Shown: positions 39,079 through 48,489 of the stretch, in pieces
How positions within the stretch are numbered: the first letter of the stretch is position 1
Layout of the letters: each line of letters starts with the position of its first letter
NCBI GenBank assembly: GCA_046756245.1
Contig: JBHHVZ010000002.1
Span: forward strand, 8,256 to 72,255
Direction of reading: 5' to 3'
From: Parvularculaceae bacterium
GTDB taxonomy: Bacteria > Pseudomonadota > Alphaproteobacteria > Caulobacterales > Parvularculaceae
Length of the DNA: 64,000 bases
Made by a program: the position numbers and the translations under genes
The notes under the pieces: model-generated
Databases searched by the model: none
Seen by the model: only the letters and a program-made list of their open reading frames with translations
Told to the model about the DNA's origin: nothing

Positions 39079-39885
39079 ATGACTGAAATATCCATTCTTG
39101 TCGCCGGGGCCGGCGGGCGCATGGGCCGGGCGGTGATCACCGAGGTTCTCGCCGCCCGCGGCGCGACGCTGGCGGGCGGGTTCGAGCGACCGGGCAGCGA
39201 TGCGGTCGGCGCCGATCTCGGCCACCTGGTCGGGCTCGACCGGCTCGGCCTCGCCGTCGCCGACGCGCCGGACGAAGGGCTGAAACACGCTTCGGTCCTG
39301 ATCGATTTCACGACGCCGTCGGCCTCGCTGGACCATGCGCGGGCGTGCGCCGCCGCCGGGCGCGCCCATGTAATCGGCGCCACCGGGTTTTCGCCGGCCG
39401 AAGAAAAGGAAATCGCCGCCCTCGCCGAGAAAATCGCCATCGTCAAATCCGGCAACATGTCGCTCGGCGTTAACCTGTTGTCAGCGCTTGTGGAACAGGC
39501 GGCGGCGAAGCTCTCAGACGCCTATGACATTGAGATTTTGGATATTCATCACCGGATGAAAATCGACACGCCATCGGGAACCGCGCTGATGCTTGGAAAA
39601 GCGGCGGCGAAGGGACGCTGTGTCGATCTCGATAGACATTCTGTATACGAACGATATGGCCAGACTGGCGCGCGCAAAAAAGGCGACATAGGTTTTGCGG
39701 TTCTTCGCGGCGGCGGCGTCATCGGCGAACACGAAGTGCGCTTCGCCGGCGATCAGGAAGTCCTGACGCTTTCGCATTCGGCGCTTGACCGGCGGCTCTT
39801 CGCCAAAGGCGCCGTCGCAGCGGCGAAATGGACGATCGGACAGCCGTCCGGGCTTTACTCCATGCGCGACGTGCTGGGCCTTTGA
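39079..39885 (+). CDS. dapB: 4-hydroxy-tetrahydrodipicolinate reductase
   Basis: VAGAGGRMGR NAD loop, EILDIHHRMKIDTPSGTAL, full length 268 aa. Confidence 0.93.
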   Translation: MTEISILVAGAGGRMGRAVITEVLAARGATLAGGFERPGSDAVGADLGHLVGLDRLGLAVADAPDEGLKHASVLIDFTTPSASLDHARACAAAGRAHVIGATGFSPAEEKEIAALAEKIAIVKSGNMSLGVNLLSALVEQAAAKLSDAYDIEILDIHHRMKIDTPSGTALMLGKAAAKGRCVDLDRHSVYERYGQTGARKKGDIGFAVLRGGGVIGEHEVRFAGDQEVLTLSHSALDRRLFAKGAVAAAKWTIGQPSGLYSMRDVLGL

Positions 39886-39892
39886 GCGCGTT

Positions 39893-39998
39893 ATACGGCG
39901 CTCTCGCTGACCGCAATTCATAACTTTGCAGAAACACCCTGTCTTTCAATGTCGATCTTTAAATGGAATCTCAGATCGTCAGCGAGAGCTTGGCGTTA
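39893..39998 (+). repeat. Copy 2 of the ~105-nt conserved element with a covarying closing stem
   Basis: Stem is GCTCTCGCTGAC (39900-39911) with GTCAGCGAGAGC (39978-39989). Shared internal blocks with copy 1: CTGACCGC, TTTCAATG, TAAATGGAAT, TCGTCAG, CTTGGCGTTA. Confidence 0.6.
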
Positions 39999-40081
39999 AC
40001 CCTAACCCCGCGATTCGTCGGACCGGTGCAGGCATTCCTTAACCCCGATGAGGGCAGACTGGCGCGCAAAAAGGGCAGCTC

Positions 40082-40615
40082 ATGCGCGCAGAAACCTTCC
40101 TCGCCATCGCCGTCGTCGCAGGAACGGCGCTGGCGGTTCGCATTTGGGAGCGGACGAACGATCATCCCGCCGCCGTCGAAGCCGTTGCGGCTTACGCGCC
40201 GGGCGCCTACGAGGCCAGAGAGGCGAACACGCACGGACACCGGAACCGCGAGGTGCGCATCGCCGCTGCACACGACCATCAGTTCTATGTCGTCGCCGGC
40301 GTTAACCGCCGTTCGGCTGAATTTCTCGTCGACACCGGCGCAAGCTTCGTGGCGCTCCGCGATACGGACGCTCGCGCAGCCGGCGTCTTCACCATCCCGG
40401 CCGATTACACCGTTCCCATACGGACGGCCAACGGCGAGACCAAGGCGGCGCTTGTTACGCTCGACGAGGTCGAGATCGACGGCATTGTCGTGCGCGGCGT
40501 CAAGGCCTTCGTCCTGCCCGACGAGCAGTTGTCTGTGAACCTCCTGGGCATGAGCTTCCTGTCGCGGCTTGAAAGCGTCGAAGCGCGCGCCGGCGAGCTG
40601 GTGCTGAGAGGGTAG
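40082..40615 (+). CDS. Membrane-anchored retropepsin-like (clan AA, TIGR02281-type) aspartic protease
   Basis: N-terminal TM, FLVDTGASFVAL active-site motif, C-terminal NLLGMSFL. Confidence 0.82.
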   Translation: MRAETFLAIAVVAGTALAVRIWERTNDHPAAVEAVAAYAPGAYEAREANTHGHRNREVRIAAAHDHQFYVVAGVNRRSAEFLVDTGASFVALRDTDARAAGVFTIPADYTVPIRTANGETKAALVTLDEVEIDGIVVRGVKAFVLPDEQLSVNLLGMSFLSRLESVEARAGELVLRG

Positions 40616-40664
40616 CGCCACACTTTTCCTCTGTATAGAATAAATTCACCTCCAAAATGATTCC

Positions 40665-41015
40665 GTGAAATCCAGTAAAACGCGGACGGAGGGATTACTT
40701 GTGAAAATAAAGATGCTCGCCGGATTCGCCCTGATCGCCTCAAGCGCCGCTGAGGTCGAGGCGGCCGCCTATTGCCGCGAACCGCAGCCGCCGCGCGCGC
40801 CTTACGCCAAGCCGTCGCCGCCGTCCTGCCTGTCGCAAAGCCGTTATGGGCGCGAGGCCGAGTGCGATCAATGGGAGCTCGACAATTACGCCCGAGCCGT
40901 CGAGGCCTATGAGCGCAAGCTGCAGGATTATGTGGACGAAGCGCGCCGATATTACGACGAAGCTCTTGCCTATGCGCGCTGCGAATCTGAAAACGCGCGC
41001 GAAGGGCTGAACTGA
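40665..41015 (+). CDS. Small secreted Cys-containing hypothetical protein
   Basis: Signal-like MLAGFALIASSAAEVEA (an alternative start is ATG 40713), four Cys and a helical C-terminus. No known domain. Confidence 0.55.
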   Translation: MKSSKTRTEGLLVKIKMLAGFALIASSAAEVEAAAYCREPQPPRAPYAKPSPPSCLSQSRYGREAECDQWELDNYARAVEAYERKLQDYVDEARRYYDEALAYARCESENAREGLN

Positions 41016-41051
41016 GTCAACGTCGAACCGAGTTGAAATACCGCTTACGGA

Positions 41052-42299
41052 CTAACCTTCCGACGCCATCAATGACGGCAGTTTACCGAGATCTGCGCCG
41101 GCCTGACGCATGAACAATTGGCGGAGCGGCGCGACCTTTCCGACCGCGCTCATCCCGATGTCGCGCGCGAGCCTTATAGGCGCAATGTCGTTCGAGAAGA
41201 GCCGGGTCAGTAAGTCCATCCCCAGCGCCAGCGCCGTCGAATCGAAGCGGCGCCATCGCTGGTAATTTTCCAGAACGCTCATATGGCCGATGTCGAGCCC
41301 GAGCCCGCGGGCTTCGGCCAGCACGTCGGCGAGCGCGGCGATGTCTTTTATGCCGAGATTGAAGCCCTGCCCCGCAATCGGGTGAACGGCGTGGGCGGCG
41401 TCGCCGATGAGCGCCATGCGCGGCGCGATCATGGTCTGCGCCAGGTGGAAAGCGAGCGGATAGGACCAGCGCGGGCTCGCCAGGGTAAGCGTTCCGAGAT
41501 AGGGCCCGAAGCGAGCCTCTATCTGGCGCAAAAAGGCTGCGTCATCGAGCTTCAGATAAGCCGGCGCGGCGTCCCTGTGCTCGCTCCATACGAGCGAGGA
41601 GCGGTTTTCCGTTAACGGAAGAATGGCGAACGGCCCGGACGGCAGGAAAAACTCCTGCGCAACGCCGAGATGCGGCTTTTCATGCGCGACAGTCACAACA
41701 ATTCCGGTCTGCGGATAGGTCCATTTGTTGACCTTGATCCCGGCTTCAGCGCGCAGCGCGGAAAACCGCCCGTCGGCGGCGACAACCAACGGCGCCGACA
41801 GGGTTTCGCCGCTTGCAAGATCGACTTCGGCGTGAGCCGGTCCGAACCGCGCCGATGTGCGGCGCGCCGGGGCGAAAAGCGTTATGGCGTCTGCGCGGTC
41901 TATAGCGTCGAAGATCGCTTCCCGCAGCGTGCGGTTTTCCGCAATCCAGCCGAGCGGCGTATCGGGGCCAAGCTCGCGGCTGTCGAAATGCAGATGAAAC
42001 GGCGACACCACGCCTTTTCGGAAGCGGTCTCGGGCGCGCCCGTCGGTCACCAGGATATCGCGAATGGGTTCGGCTTCGTCTTCGATCGCCGCCCAGAGGC
42101 CAAGGCGTTTGAACATTCGCACGGCGGCGTAGGCGAGCGCCGTCGTGCGCCCGTCAAACGACGCGCTGCGCATTGCCTGCGGGTTCTGCGCGTCGATGAC
42201 GGCGCATTCGAAGCCATTCCGGGCCAAGGCCAGAGCGGCGAGGCCGCCGGCGAGGCCGCCGCCGACAATGATGACGTCGAAATCCGTGCGCATGTTCAT
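41052..42299 (-). CDS. UbiH/UbiF/COQ6-family FAD-dependent ubiquinone hydroxylase
   Basis: DVIIVGGGLAGG, ALIGDAAHAVHPIAGQGFNLGIKD. Confidence 0.9.
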   Translation of the reverse strand: MNMRTDFDVIIVGGGLAGGLAALALARNGFECAVIDAQNPQAMRSASFDGRTTALAYAAVRMFKRLGLWAAIEDEAEPIRDILVTDGRARDRFRKGVVSPFHLHFDSRELGPDTPLGWIAENRTLREAIFDAIDRADAITLFAPARRTSARFGPAHAEVDLASGETLSAPLVVAADGRFSALRAEAGIKVNKWTYPQTGIVVTVAHEKPHLGVAQEFFLPSGPFAILPLTENRSSLVWSEHRDAAPAYLKLDDAAFLRQIEARFGPYLGTLTLASPRWSYPLAFHLAQTMIAPRMALIGDAAHAVHPIAGQGFNLGIKDIAALADVLAEARGLGLDIGHMSVLENYQRWRRFDSTALALGMDLLTRLFSNDIAPIRLARDIGMSAVGKVAPLRQLFMRQAGADLGKLPSLMASEG

Positions 42300-42374
42300 A
42301 ATGCACGAGTTTCAACATTCGCGCCGCGGCGTCCAGCCCCCCCCCGTCGACTGCGGCGACTTGCGCGCCGGCGC

Positions 42375-43136
42375 CTAGAAGTCGGAACTGAACCCGATTC
42401 CCCACCAGAATCCGGAGCTTTGAAACGTTCCGGCGATGGAATCATCGATGAATGAACCGCCGTCAATGTCCGACCCGCCCCAGCGCAGGCCGGCTGCGAT
42501 CGAAGACGCGTCGGAGACTGCGTAGGACACGTCGCCGCTCAAGCTTCCGTAAACGTAATCGCCGCCAGCATCGTCATCGATCACATAGCCGATCGTCGCG
42601 CCGGCATCGAAGCTGGTCTTTTCTGCAAGCGGGTATGAGTAGGACGCCGATCCTTCAAACGTAGACGTGTCGAACATGAAGTCATGATAGAAATACGCCG
42701 ACGGCGAGCCCGGCGCGGCGAAAGATACGCCGATATAGGGTTCGACCGTATTGGCGCCCATGCCGTCGCCGTCTTCCTCAAACGTGTCGAAGAAGCCGCT
42801 CGCCGCGTCCGGAAAAGTAAAATAAGTGACTCCGACGTCGAATGAGACGGCGCCGCTCGGCTCGTAACTGTAACCTGCTGTGAAGTCGAGCTCCTCGCCG
42901 CCCGGCGTTACGACAAGATCATCGTCGCCAACAGGCAGATTGAGCCAGACGCCGCCATAGAAATTTCCATAGCCGAGATTGATCGTCGGCTGAAAGCTTG
43001 TCTCTGCGAACTGAACGCCGCGGAAAATATAACGTGACTCGAAACCGACCGTCGTGCTGACAGTCAACTCTTCGGCCGCCGCGGAAAATACCGCCGCCGT
43101 CGAGAATACAAGCGCGAATACGGAACTGCGGATCAT
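42375..43136 (-). CDS. TorF-family outer-membrane beta-barrel porin
   Basis: Signal MIRSSVFALVFSTAAVFSAAA, STTVGFESRYIFRGV, alternating beta-strand pattern, C-terminal F. ATG 43136 follows AGGAGGC. Confidence 0.82.
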   Translation of the reverse strand: MIRSSVFALVFSTAAVFSAAAEELTVSTTVGFESRYIFRGVQFAETSFQPTINLGYGNFYGGVWLNLPVGDDDLVVTPGGEELDFTAGYSYEPSGAVSFDVGVTYFTFPDAASGFFDTFEEDGDGMGANTVEPYIGVSFAAPGSPSAYFYHDFMFDTSTFEGSASYSYPLAEKTSFDAGATIGYVIDDDAGGDYVYGSLSGDVSYAVSDASSIAAGLRWGGSDIDGGSFIDDSIAGTFQSSGFWWGIGFSSDF

Positions 43137-43487
43137 TGTCGCCTCCTGTCGATTCATGCTCCGGGCAAGGAACCTCCGCCTACGGACACCGCCGCCGGAT
43201 GGGAGAAAGCTAAAAAGAAAATGGTGCATTGCACAACATAAATATTCCACGAATTCAAAATATTTATAAACTCTGTGACTTATATGACATATATGTCCAT
43301 ATTAATCAAAATATTAGCATAAAAATCTAAAACTTGCGCAATCTTTCCTGAATTTTAAAGCTGCTTATTTTATTTCCAAAATATTTTTGTTGCATAGCAG
43401 CATATGCTGCAATAACGTTAAGATTAGAATCAGGGCGCGGGAGCGCTCTGGAGCATGCTAAGAGCGACAAAACAGAGGAGGCCGTGC

Positions 43488-43826
43488 ATGAAGCTCATTA
43501 TTGCGGTTATAAAGCCGCACAAGCTTGACGATGTGCGCGAGGCGCTGACGGGCCTCGGCGTCGACGGTATGACGGCGACGGAGGTCAAAGGCTACGGTCG
43601 CCAGAAGGGGCACACGGAAGTTTATCGGGGCGCCGAATATCAGGTCGATTTCATGCCCAAGATCAAAATCGAGGTCGCCGTAACGGAAGATCGGGTCCTT
43701 GCGGTCGTCGAAGCGATCTGCAAGGCGGCGAAGACCGGGGCCATCGGCGATGGCAAGATCTTTGTTCTTGATCTTGAAGAAACGATTCGGGTGCGCACAG
43801 GCGAAACTGGCGCCGCCGCGCTTTAA
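43488..43826 (+). CDS. glnK: Nitrogen regulatory protein P-II
   Basis: MKLIIAVIKPHKLDDV, T-loop GYGRQKGHTEVYRGAEY. ATG follows AGAGGAGG. Immediately upstream of amtB. Confidence 0.95.
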   Translation: MKLIIAVIKPHKLDDVREALTGLGVDGMTATEVKGYGRQKGHTEVYRGAEYQVDFMPKIKIEVAVTEDRVLAVVEAICKAAKTGAIGDGKIFVLDLEETIRVRTGETGAAAL

Positions 43827-43847
43827 ACGGTCGAAGGGATACCAGAA

Positions 43848-45149
43848 ATGAAAAAGATTCATATCATAGCGGCCGTTGCAGCCGTCGCCGGGGTGTTGTG
43901 TGCAACCGGCGCAGGCGCACAGGAAATTCAGCCGGCCACGGACACCTCCGTCTTCGTCTTCAACACGCTCCTGTTTCTTGTCATGGGCATGGTGGTCATG
44001 TTCATGGCTGCGGGGTTTTGCATGCTTGAAGCGGGTCTTGTTCGCGCCAAGAACGCAGCCACGATCTGCCTCAAGAACGTCTCCCTCTATTCTGTTGCGG
44101 GGATTATGGTCTGGCTTGTCGGCTATAACCTCATCTACGGCGTCGAGCCCGGCGGTTTGCTCGGCGATTTTCTGGTCTGGGCGGCCGACGATTCCGATCC
44201 GGTCGGAACCGGCTACGCAGCCCATTCCGACTGGTATTTCCAGATGGTGTTCGTGGCGACCGCAGCTTCGATCGTTTCCGGAACGCTGGCCGAGCGCGTC
44301 AAGCTGTGGCCGTTTCTTGTCTTCACCGCGATTCTTACCGGGCTGATTTATCCCATTCAGGCTTCGTGGGTGTGGGGCAAGGGCTATCTCGCAGCATCCT
44401 GGGGGTTTTCGGATTTCGCCGGTTCGACGCTCGTGCATTCGACCGGCGGCTGGGCGGCGCTCGCCGGCGCGCTCATGTTGGGCCCCCGGAAAGGCAAATA
44501 TGAAAGCGGTCGTATTCACCCGATGCCGGGGTCGAACCTGCCGCTTGCGGCGCTTGGCACGTTCATTCTCTGGCTTGGCTGGTTCGGTTTCAACGGCGGC
44601 TCGCAACTTGCGGTCGGCACGATCCCGGATGCGATTTCCATTTCCCGGATATTCGTCAACACAAATACGGCTGCGTGCGGCGGCGTCCTCACAGCGCTCA
44701 CGCTCACCCAGGTGATCTATAAAAAGGTCGACCTGACGATCGTCCTGAACGGCGCCATCGGCGGGCTTGTATCGATCACAGCGGAACCGTTGGCTCCAGC
44801 GATCTGGCAGGCGGTCGTCATCGGCGCTTTCGGCGGCGTTATCGTCACCGCCGCCGTGCCTGTGCTCGACAAGCTCAAGATTGACGACGTAGTCGGCGCC
44901 ATTCCCGCTCATCTTTTCTGCGGGATATGGGGAACGCTGATCGTTTCGTGGTCGAATTCGGAAACGACAATTCTCGGTCAATTTGTAGGTATCTTGATGA
45001 TCGGCGTTTTCGTTTTCGTCATGAGCCTTCTGGTTTGGACAGTGCTCAGGTTCACGGTCGGCGTGCGCGCCAGTCCTGAGCATGAATATATCGGTCTCGA
45101 CAAGGCCGAACTCGGGCTCGAGGCCTATCCGGAATTCGCACAAGGCTGA
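43848..45149 (+). CDS. amtB: Ammonium transporter
   Basis: About 11 TM helices and Amt signature regions (FAGSTLVHSTGGWAALAGALMLGPR, FGFNGGS). Confidence 0.93.
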   Translation: MKKIHIIAAVAAVAGVLCATGAGAQEIQPATDTSVFVFNTLLFLVMGMVVMFMAAGFCMLEAGLVRAKNAATICLKNVSLYSVAGIMVWLVGYNLIYGVEPGGLLGDFLVWAADDSDPVGTGYAAHSDWYFQMVFVATAASIVSGTLAERVKLWPFLVFTAILTGLIYPIQASWVWGKGYLAASWGFSDFAGSTLVHSTGGWAALAGALMLGPRKGKYESGRIHPMPGSNLPLAALGTFILWLGWFGFNGGSQLAVGTIPDAISISRIFVNTNTAACGGVLTALTLTQVIYKKVDLTIVLNGAIGGLVSITAEPLAPAIWQAVVIGAFGGVIVTAAVPVLDKLKIDDVVGAIPAHLFCGIWGTLIVSWSNSETTILGQFVGILMIGVFVFVMSLLVWTVLRFTVGVRASPEHEYIGLDKAELGLEAYPEFAQG

Positions 45150-45176
45150 GTCCGATGGGGGAGAAATGCTGCGGCG

Positions 45177-45207
45177 AAAAGGGGCGCGTGTTGCGTCCCT
45201 TTTTTTC
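45177..45207 (+). terminator. Rho-independent terminator after amtB
   Basis: GGGGCGC-GTGTT-GCGTCCC stem followed by TTTTTTT. Confidence 0.8.
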
Positions 45208-45300
45208 GCCAGCGGCCGGTTTGGTTAACGCGCGTTAACCCTTTTTCGCGCCGCCCGTGTAAAACTGCCGGGAGAGATACAGTCAACCAGCAATTCTCCT

Positions 45301-47658
45301 ATGTCGCGTCGAACTTACCGCCCGCGCAAGAAGCAAAGTTTCAGCGATCGGTTTCGCGCCTGGCGGCGCGCCGTTTTGATGCGCGCCGGCGGCGCGGCGA
45401 TGATCGTGCTCGCCGGCTGGCTGGCGGCGGCGCTCGCGACGTTTTCCATCAGCGATCCGAGCTTCAACACCGCGACACAGCGCGGCGCCGAAAATCTGGC
45501 CGGCGCGCCTGGGGCGGCCGTCGCGGACCTGTTGCTGCAGACGCTGGGCGGGGCGAGCTTGATGTTTGTTGCGCCGCTCGCCGTCTGGGGCGCTTTCGCG
45601 CTGGCCAAGGGCGCGCCTGAAACAACGCCCCCGGCGGCCTGGCTGCGGGCCGGGCTTGCGCCGGTCTCGGCGCTGGCGGCGGCGGGGTTCGCTTCGAGCT
45701 TGCCCTCGCCGGCGACCTGGCCGTTCGCGGCCGGTCTCGGCGGCGTCGCCGGTGACGCCGTTCTGAATGCGCTGTCTGCGCCGTTCGCAGCGCTTGGCGC
45801 GCCGGCTCCAGCCATCTTCGCCGGCGCGGCCGCATTCGTAATTGCTCTGCCGGCCTATCTGGTCCTGTGCGGCCTGACGCGCGAGCGCGCCGCAGCGGCG
45901 ACCGGCGTCGTTGAAGACGTCTATTGGGCCGCGCACGACTTCTTTGAAGACCGTATCGAAACCCTGCGCCAATTGTTCGAGCGCTCCGGCAGGCAGGAAA
46001 CGGACGAACCGCCGGAGGCGGACTCCGACGCCGGCGAGCCGCCGCTGGTCGCGCCGGCGCGCCGGCGCAACATCATCCGCAAGAAGACCGCCAAACGCGC
46101 CGGCAAGCGCGAGCGCCGCGAAGCCCAACCCGAACTGCCGGTTTTCGAACCGGGCACGTATGAGCTGCCGCCGCTGCATCTGCTCGCGAAGCCGGGCGCG
46201 GCGCGCGAAGCCATCTCGGACGAGGCGCTCGAACAGAACGCGCGCATGCTTGAAAACGTACTCGCCGATTTCGGCGTGCGCGGCGAGATCATCAATGTTC
46301 GCCCCGGCCCGGTGGTTACGCTTTACGAACTCGAGCCCGCAGCCGGGGTCAAATCCTCCCGCGTCATCGGGCTCGCCGACGACATCGCCCGGTCGATGAG
46401 CGCGGTGGCCTGCCGCGTGGCGGTGGTGCCCGGGCGCAACGTGATCGGCATCGAACTGCCGAACCAGGACCGGGAGATGGTCTATCTCCGCGAGCTTCTG
46501 GGCGCTGCCGAATATGAAAAGAGCCGCGGGGATCTCACGCTGGCGCTCGGCAAGGGGATCGGCGGCGAGCCGGTCTACGCCGATCTCGCGCGCATGCCGC
46601 ATCTCCTCATCGCCGGCACCACCGGTTCGGGCAAGTCGGTGGGGATCAACACGATGATCCTGTCGCTGCTCTATCGGCTCTCGCCGGACGAATGCAAGCT
46701 CATCCTGGTCGACCCGAAAATGCTGGAGCTGTCAGTTTACGAAGGCATTCCGCATCTTCTCGCGCCGGTCGTCACAGATCCGAAAAAGGCCGTCGGCGCG
46801 CTTAAATGGACCGTGCGCGAGATGGAGGAACGTTACCGTAAAATGTCGAAGGTTGGCGTGCGGAATATAGAAGGATTTAACCAGCGCATCGCCGAGGCGA
46901 AAGAAAACGGCGAAACGCTGACCCGCACCGTTCACACCGGTTATGACGAGGAAACCGGCGAGCCGGTCTACGAGACCGAAGAGCTCGATTACGAGGCCAT
47001 GCCGTTCATCGTCGTGGTGATCGACGAAGTGGCCGACCTTATGATGGTCGCCGGCAAGGACATCGAGGCGATGGTCCAGCGTCTCGCGCAGATGGCGCGC
47101 GCAGCCGGCATTCACTTGATTATGGCGACCCAGCGCCCCTCGGTCGACGTCGTCACCGGCACGATCAAAGCGAACCTCCCCACCCGGATCAGTTTTCAGG
47201 TGACCTCGCGTATCGACAGCCGCACGATCCTGGGCGAACAGGGCGCCGAACAGCTTGTGGGCCTCGGCGACATGCTGCACATGGCCGGCGGCGGGCGCCT
47301 GCGGCGCGTTCATGGCGGGTTGGTCTCCGACGACGAAGTTGAAAAAATCGTCCGCTTCCTGAAGAAACAGGGCAAACCCGACTATGTGCAGGCCGTCACC
47401 CAATATAATGAAGAAGACGGCGGCTATTCCGCATTCGAAATCGGCGGCGACGCGTCGTCGGGGGACGCGCTTTACGACAAGGCGGTGGCGACCGTTTTGC
47501 GCGATCGGAAAGTTTCGACCTCCTACATTCAGCGCCGGCTTCAGATCGGCTATAACCGCGCCGCCACGCTTATCGAGCGGATGGAGGAGGAAGGGCTTAT
47601 TTCTCCGGCCAATCACGCCGGCAAACGCGAAATTCTCGTCGGCGAAGACGCGGCGTAA
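45301..47658 (+). CDS. ftsK: DNA translocase FtsK
   Basis: N-terminal TM domain, Pro/Ala linker, motor with Walker A GTTGSGKS and Walker B VVVIDE, gamma domain [24 protein letters not shown]. Confidence 0.95.
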   Translation: MSRRTYRPRKKQSFSDRFRAWRRAVLMRAGGAAMIVLAGWLAAALATFSISDPSFNTATQRGAENLAGAPGAAVADLLLQTLGGASLMFVAPLAVWGAFALAKGAPETTPPAAWLRAGLAPVSALAAAGFASSLPSPATWPFAAGLGGVAGDAVLNALSAPFAALGAPAPAIFAGAAAFVIALPAYLVLCGLTRERAAAATGVVEDVYWAAHDFFEDRIETLRQLFERSGRQETDEPPEADSDAGEPPLVAPARRRNIIRKKTAKRAGKRERREAQPELPVFEPGTYELPPLHLLAKPGAAREAISDEALEQNARMLENVLADFGVRGEIINVRPGPVVTLYELEPAAGVKSSRVIGLADDIARSMSAVACRVAVVPGRNVIGIELPNQDREMVYLRELLGAAEYEKSRGDLTLALGKGIGGEPVYADLARMPHLLIAGTTGSGKSVGINTMILSLLYRLSPDECKLILVDPKMLELSVYEGIPHLLAPVVTDPKKAVGALKWTVREMEERYRKMSKVGVRNIEGFNQRIAEAKENGETLTRTVHTGYDEETGEPVYETEELDYEAMPFIVVVIDEVADLMMVAGKDIEAMVQRLAQMARAAGIHLIMATQRPSVDVVTGTIKANLPTRISFQVTSRIDSRTILGEQGAEQLVGLGDMLHMAGGGRLRRVHGGLVSDDEVEKIVRFLKKQGKPDYVQAVTQYNEEDGGYSAFEIGGDASSGDALYDKAVATVLRDRKVSTSYIQRRLQIGYNRAATLIERMEEEGLISPANHAGKREILVGEDAA

Positions 47659-47686
47659 GGCGTATGCGCCGCCATTTCGGAAAACC

Positions 47687-47987
47687 CGCCGGTTCGCGAA
47701 GCGTTCGGCCAAAAAGGTCTCTTTTGTCTCCTGTTCGGCGAAACGAAAAAACTGAAGCCCGCTGATTTTGCGGGCTTGAGCGCCAAAGGGTCCATTTTGT
47801 CCATTTCGGAACGCGTCAGGAACATTGGATTTCCAGTCATAGCAGCCATTGCGCCGCACCCTTTCGTCCCGTGCGCGCGCAGAGCGGCGGCTGGCCGCGC
47901 TGCGCCCGAAAGCGCAAACAAATGGGACGAAAACTGTCATCCCGCTCATAATAAACCCGCTCCGAAAGGGTCGGATAACTATCCCGC
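47687..47987 (-). repeat. Copy B (inverted) of the ~300-bp mosaic repeat
   Basis: Its reverse complement aligns block by block with 37308..37596. Starts 29 nt after the ftsK stop. Confidence 0.8.
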
Positions 47988-48076
47988 AAAATTTAATGTT
48001 GGCAGGCCGTCGGTGGCGTTTCGCCGCCGGGCGGTTTATGCTCCCGCCGGGCTGAGGGCGCTGAAGGAGGTCAACC

Positions 48077-48436
48077 ATGACACTTCGGTTCGCCTTGGTT
48101 GCGGGGAGCGCTTGCGCCATGCTCGCTGGCTGCGTTGCGCCGGGCGCTTATTACGACAGCGGCTATTCCACTTCCGGCTCGTCCTATAGCGCATCGAGTT
48201 CGTCATCCTATTCGGACTCATCAGGCTCATCCGATGGTTACGGATCGCGGGAGCGTTCCTACGTGGACCGCAGCGGCAATGTTGTTTTTCACAAACGCGG
48301 CGAAACCACCGTCGTCGAGCCCGACGGCGACGTAACGGTGGTCGAGCGCGACCGCGACGGCACGCGCACGGTCGTATCGAGCGACGGCGCCGTCAAGGTG
48401 CTCACTCCCGACGGCAATTGCATCGGCGACTGCTGA
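48077..48436 (+). CDS. Small lipoprotein with a Ser-rich low-complexity segment
   Basis: Lipobox AMLAGC, then SGYSTSGSSYSASSSSSYSDSSGSSDGYGS, then a beta-rich C-terminus ending in CIGDC. Confidence 0.6.
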   Translation: MTLRFALVAGSACAMLAGCVAPGAYYDSGYSTSGSSYSASSSSSYSDSSGSSDGYGSRERSYVDRSGNVVFHKRGETTVVEPDGDVTVVERDRDGTRTVVSSDGAVKVLTPDGNCIGDC

Positions 48437-48489
48437 CGGCGCCCGGAAAAGGCGGAAGCGGGCCGGAGCCCGTAATTTTCGGTCGAAGT

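Noticed and set aside
43281-43300. Considered the AT-rich palindrome GACATATATGTC as a dif (XerCD) site because ftsK is nearby.
   Set aside because: It lacks the conserved 11-6-11 layout and the TTATG-type XerD arm. It also sits in a promoter spacer rather than a terminus-like context.
43458-45143. 561-aa minus-strand ORF.
   Set aside because: It lies antisense to glnK-amtB, which have unmistakable P-II and Amt motifs. The composition is Arg/Pro/Gly-rich, typical of GC-rich antisense frames.
45283-48120. Long minus-strand ORFs 45283..46602 (439 aa) and 46732..48120 (462 aa).
   Set aside because: They lie antisense to ftsK (Walker motifs and gamma domain are on the plus strand). The second merely reads out of mosaic repeat copy B into ftsK antisense.
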